NCBI GenBank assembly: GCA_021613535.1
Contig: CP075493.1
Location: 8,804,001 to 8,868,000, forward strand
DNA from: Adineta vaga
Lineage: Eukaryota; Animalia; Rotifera
Length of the DNA: 64,000 bases
Reading direction: 5' to 3'
Below the pieces are notes generated by a model that made no database searches, had not been told where the DNA came from, and saw nothing but the letters and a program-made list of their open reading frames with translations. A program made the translations under genes and the position numbers. Below, in pieces: positions 53,565-64,000 of this stretch. Every line of letters begins with the position of its first letter. The first letter of the stretch is position 1.

Positions 53565-55721
53565 ATGTCAGACATAGCAAAAGAAAAACTAGCAGCATTA
53601 ATGCTGGAATTTCCTAAACCAGCTGGTGTCATCTTAGGTTATGGTACTGCAGGTTTTCGTTCTCGAGCTGACATACTTCCTTGGATAATGATAAGAATTG
53701 GTATTCTCGCATCACTTCGATCAAAAGTCAAACAAGGTGATTATAGACATTTTTCTGATAGCTTCAATTTTTGATCGTTAGGATATCACTTGTAGCTTGT
53801 ATTGGATCGATGATAACGGCTTCACACAATCCAGAACATGACAATGGTGTGAAATTGATTGATCCACACGGTGAAATGCTTGATCAATCATGGGAAATTT
53901 TTGCAAATAATTTATCATCGCTTGAGTAAAATTGACTGGCATGAATCAATAGAAATTTTTTGTTTATATCCGTAGTGATAATGTTAATACATTATGGGAA
54001 TATTTGGAAACATTAATGACTCAATTAGATGTTCAATTACATGACAATGCTACGATTGCTATTGCATATGATACACGGTTTGTTAGCATGAATACCATCT
54101 TCTGAACCTATTTCTTATTTAGACAAAGTAGTCCACTTTTGTCAAGTATTGTTCGACGAGCAGCAGAAATTTTCGATGCAAATATCATGGATTTTGGTAG
54201 GACAGACGTTATTTTAACGAATAAATATATTCACATCTATTCGATCATAGGATTACTCACGACACCACAACTTCATTATGCTGTACGATGTTATAATGAT
54301 GATGGCCTGTATGGACATTATACCGAAGCCGGTTATTTTGATAAAATTTGTACAGCATTTCGAAGTTTAATTGAAGTAACAAAATAAGAAAAACTGATAT
54401 ATTTTCTGCTTGAATTTGTGACGTATTGTTTTTAAATAGATGACACCAAACGCAAAACGTTCTGAGTCACTTGCCGTTGATGCTGCAAATGGGATTGGTG
54501 CTCAAAAACTCGTTTTTGTAAATCAACAGTTGCCAGGTTTACTTCATCTAGAAATATTTAATAACGGTACACAAGGTCATCTAAATGAAAAAGTAAATCG
54601 AACAGCTAATTTTTGGATGAAAACTTATTCCTTTTCTAAATTTAGTGTGGTGCTGATTATGTAAAAGTATATCAGAAAGCTCCACATGGTTTACCATTAA
54701 CAAAGTATTCTAAATATTGTTCAATCGATGGCGATGCTGACCGTTTAGTTTATTTTTTTATTGATCAAAACCAACAATTTCGTATGCTCGATGGTGATCG
54801 ATTTTCAGTTCTATTCGTAACATTTCTTGCAAATAAATTAAAAGATGCCAAATTACTTGATCAAGTGCAAATGGGTGTCATTCAAACAGCTTATGCAAAT
54901 GGAAGTTCAACTGATTATATTCAAAACACATTGGTAAAGTCAATTCAATAACAAGATAATAAATAGTTTAGAATTCTATTTAGAAAGTTCCAGTCGCTTG
55001 TGTACCAACAGGTGTAAAATATTTACATCACAAAGCACTTGATTATGATATTGGTATTTATTTTGAAGCTAATGGTCATGGAACAGTAAATTTATATTCT
55101 ATTCGGCTATTAAGGATTCCGTAAACCGAGTTTATTTAGATATTATTTAGTGATAATGTAAAAAGTAAAGTAAAGGCTGCTGCAGAAGATCAGAAGTAAG
55201 TAGAACAGGTAGAATTTTAAAATTGTTAGTTTGATTATTTAGTCGAACAGAGACAGAACGTTTAGCTGCAAATCAACTTCAAGCATTTATTAATATTATC
55301 AATGAAACTGTCGGTGATGCTATTGCTGATTTACTTGGAACAGAAGCTATTCTATCTGTGATGAATTTATCTATCGAAGGATGGTTGAATTTATATACTG
55401 ATTTACCACAACGACAGTTGAAAGTAGCTTGAAAGATCGAACAATGATTCAAACAACTGATGCTGAACGACGTTGTATTGCTCCAGCTCATTTACAAGAT
55501 TGTATTGATGAACTAGTTTCGAAATATGCATCAGGTCGATCATTTGTTCGGTATGTCGAAAGATAAGTTGATTTAATCCTCATTAATGTTTGGACTTATT
55601 TTTATTCAGACCATCGGGTACAGAGGACATTGTGCGTGTTTATGCTGAAGCAGCAACACAAGCACAAGCAGATCAATTGGCTGATGAAGTACGAAAAGTC
55701 GTAGAAGAATTAAGCAAATGA
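53565..55721 (+). CDS. PGM3: Phosphoacetylglucosamine mutase (1-nt frameshift at about 55430 as assembled)
   Basis: [70 protein letters not shown]. Confidence 0.95.
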
Positions 55722-56834
55722 ACAAGATTTACGATTCAATGTTTTTCTTTTCTTTTATGATATTTTTTCGTGGGATCGCTTTTTTTCTTCTCCTATCTCA
55801 CAGGGCACTTTTTTTTAATCAATTATTCTATTCTTAGTATACTGAAAAGCAATCATTTTAAGATTTATTTGAACAACTGTTATTAAATATTGATTTTATT
55901 CAACAAAAAAGATATGATATCCTATAATCTTAGAATTTTTAAAACTATTGTCTAGATAGAATACATTCATTATATGAAATCCAGGTATATCGTTGAAAAC
56001 TTAGCAGATGGTTTGAAATTACTTTTTGTTTTCTCAGTAACTATGACTATAATTACTCTGTATATGTAGTAATGAAAAAGAGTTTCTGATTGATCTTTTT
56101 GAATTTATAAATTTTTTATTCTTGTAAGTTTCATTCATCCATGAAACAAAATAATATCAAAACAACGAAAAATCGACATCGAGTTCATCGACGAGCTTGA
56201 AATCATATTGTTGTTGCTTGGTTCCAATTGTTTTGTTTCAATTTGGACGAACCATAGTTTATTTCGAACGCTCACGCATACCTATAAAATAAACAACAAC
56301 AACAATAGTCATCTGATGAGAAAACAAACACTATTGTGTTTTTTAACTTACGTCTTCTTTTACGTTTCAAACGACGCATACGCTTCTTTCTCCATTTAGC
56401 TCGCATCGTTGATCAGTCAAAAATGCGAGATCTGAAATAAATAGAAAAAAAAAATAATCAATAACATTCATCGTGACCGTGTGTTGATGTGAAATAAAAC
56501 GACTGAATAGCTAACATAAAAAAAATGTGTATATACTGGAAGAAAAGGACGAAGTACATTTTCATTGGTGTTTGTTATACGACTTGTCGAATATAATAAA
56601 CCTCCATTTTATGATAAAAACCATCTATGCAGTACGAAGAAAAAGATCAGTTTTTTCTTTTTTCAAAGCAATTTGAAAATAAAGATAATTTAACAAAAAA
56701 ATGCAATTAATTTTCAATAAAATAAGACAATTTTCATCTGTACTTCTTTGTTCGCGGCTGACGAACTTGTTCATTCAAAATCGTCTGTCTTTCACAAATC
56801 TTTCTGTTCATTCATTCATTCATTCATTTCAAAC

Positions 56835-58488
56835 ATGCGTCCATCAATCAAACATCCGACAGTTCTTATGCCTCGTCCAACAAAAGCTTCTTTAGCTCGT
56901 CAATCAAAAATTCGAAGTTCAATGTTAGTTTCTACAACAAATACGACATTAAAATCGATTCAAAATGAACAAATTAAATCTGAAAATGATCTTCGTACAG
57001 TTGGTTTGACAAAACGAACTGGCATTATTTCGAAAAATAATGTTGTTTTTAAACGACGAAGATCTTTGAATAAATTAGCTGTAATTATTTCCAGTTCTTC
57101 GTTAGACAATTCAACGACTGATGGTGAAACATTAAAACAAGTTATTGTTGCTTCATTAACTGAAAATGTCAAGAAAATGGATTTAATCGGATCGGATAAT
57201 AAAGAAAATTGTTCAGCAAAATCAATGTTACCATTACCAATACGTCAAAAGACTGTCAATCTTGTCTTGGATAATTATCTTGCTGAACCGATCAATATAG
57301 AACAAATTGAACCGCCCTATACAAATGAAATTTCAAAACCAGATAATGATGATGATGATCCAATTGATCCGTCATATGCAATGGATTATATAATTGATAT
57401 TATGAATTTATTATATACATTAGAAAAGAAACATCCTCTTTGTTCATCATTTTTAACAAATCCATCATTAACAATCACAACAATCGCCAATGGCAGTGCA
57501 ATCCGATCATGGAAATTAACGGCAAAACATCGATTAATTGTTGTTGGATGGATTATACAATTATTTTATTCACGATTTCATTTATCTCAAGATGCTTTAC
57601 ATATGTAAGAATAACAAATTGAATTTTGTAGATGCAAATAACCAAGATTTTCTTTATTTAGTTGTATTGGTTTACTTGATCGCTTTCTTCATCATTGTGT
57701 TACGGCAACGAATGGAGATAAAGGATTTGTTACACAAAAAAATTTACAATTAATTGCTGTCGCTACATTTCTCATCGCAGCAAAAGTTGAAGTAAGTTTG
57801 AAGAATGTTTACAAAAAATGAGAATTAAATATGAAATACTTATTGTAATCGACTGGAAATATTTCATTTTATCTTTATAGGAAACTCATCATCCACCAGT
57901 TGATGAACTTGTTTATGTCACTGATCATGCCTATACAAGTGATCAAGTAAAACGAATGGAAAAGAAAATTCTTCATGAATTACATTTTGAACTCAATCGA
58001 CCTACAAGGTAAATATTCATCTCTCTTTATATTCATCTATTTATTCAAATGATTGTTTTAGTCTTCAATTTCTCCGTCGTTTTTCATTTATCTCAAGCTG
58101 TAGTGATGAACAACATGCCATCGGTAAATTTCTCATCGACATGGCATTACTCGATGTTTCTTGTATCGATTTATCTCCTTCACTTGTTGCTGCAAGTGCA
58201 ACGTATATTGCTCGGTATATTCTCAATCCAAATCAACCATCAACATTCGAACATTGTTGGCCTTATGATTTACAACTTCGATCACCTTATAAAACTCTTC
58301 AATCTTTATCAAATGGTATTCGAATTTTGGCACAATGTATCGATAATTATTTGTCAGGAAATAGTTCTAAAGAATATGAAATTCTTGTCAAACGTTATGA
58401 ACATGAACAATTATCGAAAGCAAGTCTTTATTGTACTCAACAACGAACATTGATCCATCAATTAGCCAATGAATCGTTGGAAAAATAA
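56835..58488 (+). CDS. Divergent A/B-type (mitotic) cyclin, 4 exons
   Basis: YAMDYIIDIMNLL, LLDRFL, LQLIAVATFLIAAKVEE, VYVTDHAYT, MEKKILHELHFELNRPTSLQFLRRF, PSLVAASA; RxxL and KEN-like motifs in the N-terminus. Confidence 0.88.
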
Positions 58489-59557
58489 ATCATGTGTTTT
58501 TCTTTTTATAGATTTTCTTTGTTCTGTTTGGGATTGAATCATCGTTATGGATGATATTGATATGTATTTTTTTTCTGTGCAATCGAATGAGAAAGAAAGA
58601 TAGATAGATATGAGAGCTGTTTTCTTTTTATACTCGATAGATATATATATAAATATATATCCCTTTTCTCTTCTTATTGAATTGTATCAGATTATTTTTC
58701 TTATTTACTCGTATATCTTCTTTCTCTTTTTTTTCCTTCAATTTCTCGCTAAAATGGACTAGAATAAATAAATATGTCAATCTTTAGGAAAATATGATAA
58801 ATATTTTCATGTTCATTTTTGAAAAAAATTATTAGTGTCCTATGCGACTGAATTGCAATATTTTTAAGAGGCTTTACTCCTAAGGATCGAAATGATGAAT
58901 TGAGTCTGGCAGAAAAGTTCAGCATGTAATTCGTTTCTTTACTTTGATTAGACAAAATACTAGCAAAAGCAAGAACATTTTTGTAGCACGATCTAAGAAG
59001 GAAAAAACAAGCTCAAGATAATTACATACAACAATCACTACAAAAACGAAGATTTTTTTGTCCATCGAAATCCTTGTTTATGAAAAATATAGTAGAAAGA
59101 TATTTACTGTACATTGATGGTAAAGGTGAATGCGAACCAGTTTGAGATAAAGCTTGAATAATTATTAAACTAGAAAATGATTCAAGATTGTGATTTTTTC
59201 GAATTCTTTATTATTACTTAGCATGATAAACGATTCGATATTAAATAACGATGTTACTTAGTTCACTATGAACGGATCGTAAAAAGCAAAATTTCTTCAA
59301 ATTGTAGCTACGAACAATGATATCCCGTCGAAATCACAATGTAAGTTTCACCTGGACAAATTTGTTTTTTAAGTGCTGAAGTAGTAGACCTTTTATGTGA
59401 TTAAAAAAGTTTTATAGCAATGCGGTGTGGAATCCTTCGCTTTGTTATTTATCAGAATAAAATCAATGGTTCAATGATTATCAAAAAATAAGATAACGCC
59501 ATCTGAAATCAATGAAGTGTTATATTAAAAAATACGGATGATCTGGTAATTCAGATC

Positions 59558-59760
59558 GTACTCAACAACGAATCATTGGGAAAAAAAGAATATGTTTTTC
59601 ATTTTATAAGTTTTCTTTGCTCTCTTTATGATAGAATCATCATCGTTGGGTGATATATATTGATATGTCTTTTTTTCTGTGCAATCGAATGAGAACTGTT
59701 TTCTTTATATTCGATAGACATGTATATCCTTTTCTTATTTATTCATTTATCTGTATATTT
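59558..59760 (+). repeat. Degenerate direct duplicate of the cyclin last codons and 3' UTR (source about 58433-58720)
   Basis: Shared collinear blocks gtactcaacaacgaa, attgatatgt, ttttttctgtgcaatcgaatgagaa, ctgttttcttt, tcgataga. Confidence 0.85.
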
Positions 59761-60957
59761 TTTTCTGTAAAATAAGCTGGAATACATATATCATATCTTG
59801 AATCAGTTTGAATACTTAGAGACTGCCTAGAAATCAATGTAGCACTAAATAGATTGATGATGTTTTTCTGAGAAACATTAACTAAAGATCATTATAATCA
59901 TCGATTTTGCTTGGATGATGGTATACAAGAAATCTTACAAAGTTTCTCGTTTAATTATAGTTTTAACTAAGCTATAAAAGATCATATCTGTAATTTTTAT
60001 TATTTCCTAGTGATATCATATTCCACTATGGAACAATAGCTGTCTATGCTAAAATGGTTTCAATAAGAGACACACCTTCTGTATGTATACTCAGTTGCTA
60101 GTGTTTATGAAGTCATTTTCTTTGAATTAATTCTGTAAGTTTATTATCATTTGTGAATACTAATTGAATTAGTTCTATCTCCTTCTTCTTGAAGGAAAAG
60201 AAACAGTAATGAAAATGACAAACCGATTTTCCGCTTGGTGATTTATTAACGACGCTATGAAAGATGAAGACGAGACATAAACATCAATTGTAAAAATAAC
60301 AACTGAAAACGCATACGAGAGAACGATTGTAGACGTTTTTTCCCTCCTCCTCCTTCTTGTTCTTATGTTCATTCTCTCGTACGATTAATCGAAAGAAAAT
60401 CAGACGCTTACGGTTAATGTGCATTGCGAGAAGAAATGAACATTGACTAATTAGTTTGTTCTTTACAGTCTTATGTTACAATGACAATGTCGAAGAAAAA
60501 AGATTACAAATATTTCACATTTTTGTTGATGATGTTGTCTATTAGAGCAACAAGGTCAGTTTTGCTAGTCAATCGATGCGGGTCAGGATTGAATTTACTT
60601 AATAAATAAATCATCATCGTCATCAATGCCAGTAGCATATAAACTATCGTTCTGCATTTTTTTTTCTTTCCTGTAGATGAAATATTCATCAATTCTCCAA
60701 ACGTTTATCACTTAGACATCTTACATTAGATGATTTAGTTGTATCGATCTTGTATATATTTGAGAAACAGAATCAAAGAATACGTGATCATCATCAATAC
60801 CTCGCGCTCTATTTCTCTATCTCTCTCTGTGCCAACTCATGCTATTTGTCTTTGATGTTAAGTTAAATCAACTCATTTCAACAGAAAAGAAAAAAAAGCA
60901 TCGACTGTGCACAATTCGTCGAAGTAAATTTATAGAAGACAATTTAATTATTTATTA

Positions 60958-63900
60958 ATGTTATCAAGAAATTCAAATCTTTTACTCATTCTTTATTTCT
61001 TCTCTCAACTTTACCTACTTATTCAAGGTAAGAAAATGATTATTATTTCTATGACAAAAATTTCTTCGTTTTCTTTTTATCAATCTAGGAACTTCTCCAT
61101 TTACTCATCGAATGCAAAATATAACAATTATCTATAAACCTAATGCATATATTTATCATTTTTGTCAAACAAATCAGTCAATTCATTCGAAACGTATACG
61201 TTGGCATTATGAATCTCTTGAAAATACCAATCATGAGATATTAATACATTGTAAACAGTTATTTAATAATTCCGATTGTTTTGATTTTTATTATGGTCCA
61301 TCGTTAAGTTTATTGGTTGTTAAAGAATCGCATTTATTTAGTGGAAAATATACATGTCATATTAATTTCAATTCTACTTATGAAATAAACTCAACTGCTT
61401 GGATTGATGTGAAATTACCTTCATATGAACTCGATGAGGATGAAGAATCAACAACGATATACAATGAAAATCAAGCGAAAATATTAGCTCATGATTATAA
61501 AATACCGTATATAGTTGATGAAAATGATCGAGCATCATTTGGTAAACGTGTACAGATTAATGGTGTATTTCATACGGAATGTCAGTCAATTGAAAGTTTA
61601 TATCCAATAAATTTTATATGGCTTCAATTGAAAAATACATCAAAAGGAATCAAAACTATTCGATTGATACATGATGATGGACAAAGAATTCGAATTCGAC
61701 AAGATAATTACTCAAGTAAGTCCCAATAAATTCAGAACATTACTCTTCTATTGAAAAATATTTTCTATCCATTAAAAACTAGAACAGAAGAGTAATAAAC
61801 AAGTTTTTCTATTTCCTGTTCATGAGTAATGTCTATTCATATGTTATGAATATATCCGACGGTAAAATGGAGAAATAATGGTATAATATAGTAGATCTTT
61901 TCTATTGAAAAAACTAATGTAACTTAACTCATATTCTACTAGCGTTTCCTTCCTTTTGTATTCTTCATCTGATGATTTACATTTAAGATAATTATTTCCG
62001 ATTCTTGTCAGAAAAAATATCTCTATATTAAATCGTTTCGTCAAGGACTAGAACAAAATTTGACATCACACACTTATGTGTTCAAAGATATTACACGAAT
62101 GCTCTTTTGTAGTATACATGTTCACTAGAAGGTTTTAGTATCAAATTACGGATCAATCATTCTATGTTTCATTGTACTTGTGTAGACATGCGAGGGATTG
62201 TAATCTCGATATATGAGACACAAGGCTGAATAGTAAACTATTGTTTCTAAATATTTAATTAGAAAATTGTGCTAAATTATAATTTCGAGATTGTAATTTC
62301 AATCTAAGATCCAGGTGTTGCCGATACTTTGAAATGCTTTCGTAACTTTCGATATATCACAGAAAAGTTCATAGTATTTATTTAAATCAAGCAATAAAGA
62401 ATGCTAACATAATTCTTCTTTCTAAAGGTTCATTGTCGATATATTCTGTGGGCTTTTTTGATCAAGGTGATTATGTTTGTATTGCTTCCAATGCGTTTGG
62501 TCGATCATATTCTAGTTTACGTTCATTGATTGTTTCTGGTAAGAATGCAATATCATCGAATGGAAGAATGATGTTTGCTAATGATTTTCGTTTTTGCATG
62601 TATACAAATCTTGCTAGTATTTAGAACGCATGGTTTTACCACGTATACATACTAATGTACGAAATAATAGTGATATTGATCTTCAACATAGTGATATGAA
62701 AACATTGACTTGCACCGCGGATGGTCATCCTTTTCCTGATGTTGCTTGGATTCGAGGTTTTCTTTCTAATTTTACTCTTCTTCTTCTTCTTTTGATACGT
62801 TTTTTCTATTGATTATATCTCATAGTTTCTGATTCTATTCCTTTGGTACGTGGACAATCATTTGCTGTCCTGAAATTTGTCGATGAAATGCATGGATTGA
62901 ATAAATATATGTGTGAAGCACGAAATAAGCATGGTGTGACACGAACTTTTATTAATGTTGTCATTCCAGGTTTGACATTTTACTTCTTTTGTTTTTTCTG
63001 GTTCTAAAATTATTCAAATATCTTGTTTGTAAAGATGTTCATATACAGCCGATATTGAATTACGATGATCTACAAAGTCGAAGTGTTCTTCTCAATTGGC
63101 ATGTACCGAATGAACGTGATGATCATTTCACTCATTTTATTATCTATTATCGTTGCCTAAATCATTTTGATATCGATATCGATGACCAAGATGAGTTGAT
63201 TGATATCGAAAATTATCAACAAATTCTTGTTGATCGAAGTCAAACATATTATAATCGTACCTATCGAGTAAGTAAATGCATGATGATAACAAAATTTCAG
63301 TTATTTAAATTGTTTAGGTGATCGATCTGATTCCACATGAGAAATATGAATTTCGATTGAAAGCTTTTACAGGTGTTGTACCATCTAATTATTCAAATCC
63401 AGTCTTTATGAAAACTCGAGAAAGTGTACCAGAAAAGATTGGAAAACTACATGGTTATGTTTGGAATCGAACATCCGTCGTGGTTCATTGGACACCATCA
63501 AAGTCAACAAATGGACCAAACTTTGTAAGATAAATTGAATTTGAATTTACTATCTGCGAGAGATCTGTTTGAGATTGTACTTGTAAACATCACTAGAATT
63601 GGTTATCCTATTTTTTGTTTCATGCCTATTGTTTATTTTAGTATTACATTCTCTACTATACGATCAATACATCCATTCCGTTTGAACAATGGCCACATGT
63701 TCGTATTCATTCTTATCCGTTCTATATTCTTCCATTAACAATTCCTTCTCATCTTCAACTATTTATTCGTGTAGCTAGTGTGAATGCAAAAGGTTCAGTT
63801 TTAAGTGACTTTCATATGATTAATCATAGTTTATCAATTACTTCTGTATTATCAGTCAAAATTAATAATTTTCAATGCTTCTCAGATGAACAAAATCAAG

Positions 63901-64000
63901 TGATTTCGTTAACTTGGTCTGTTGATCATAATTCTCGTATATTGATTAAAAAATATATTATCTATTATGTTGATTTGACACAAATTGACAATGATTTAAT
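60958..64000 (+). CDS. Secreted/cell-surface Ig + fibronectin type III protein (LAR/neogenin-like architecture), 5' part only
   Basis: Signal peptide exon, three Ig-like domains (SGKYTC, DQGDYVCIASNAFG, LTCTADGHPFPDVAW..YMCEARNKHG), then FN3 repeats (VLLNW..LIPHEKYEFRLKAF, SVVVHWTP); runs off the window. Confidence 0.85.

Noticed and set aside
1-64000. Prokaryotic systems (CRISPR, defence operons), tRNA/rRNA, transposases, alternative genetic code
   Set aside because: The fragmented ORF track is explained by short spliceosomal introns under the standard code; no repeat-spacer array or structured RNA gene was seen.

Overview
AT-rich, gene-dense animal genomic DNA with many short (about 50-70 nt) GT-AG introns. 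Composition, intron size and a foreign-looking intron-containing gene suggest a bdelloid rotifer (inference). There are no prokaryotic features, rRNA, tRNA, CRISPR or recognisable transposase. Left to right: a complex giant ankyrin gene on the minus strand (about 22205 to beyond position 1; 24 ANK repeats, ZU5-ZU5-UPA, death domain, long low-complexity tail exons), a cystatin nested antisense in its 5' region, ATAD3 (-), an RBM4/Lark-like RRM protein (+), neuroendocrine protein 7B2 (+), cytoplasmic dynein 1 heavy chain (-), BCAS3 (-), a small microbial-type hypothetical gene (-), FAHD1 (+), PGM3 (+), a divergent A/B-type cyclin (+) and the start of an Ig/FN3 cell-surface protein (+). The most notable signals are in the ankyrin isoform machinery: five candidate phase-0 first exons, 9/21/30-nt microexons, a run of symmetric phase-1 cassettes, a Cys/polybasic exon, GCAUG clusters, and a long-range RNA duplex covering an alternative 3' splice site. 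Also notable are operon-like spacing (FAHD1-PGM3; ATAD3-ankyrin) and four single-base frame breaks that may be assembly errors. Exon models were read by hand and are unverified by RNA data.
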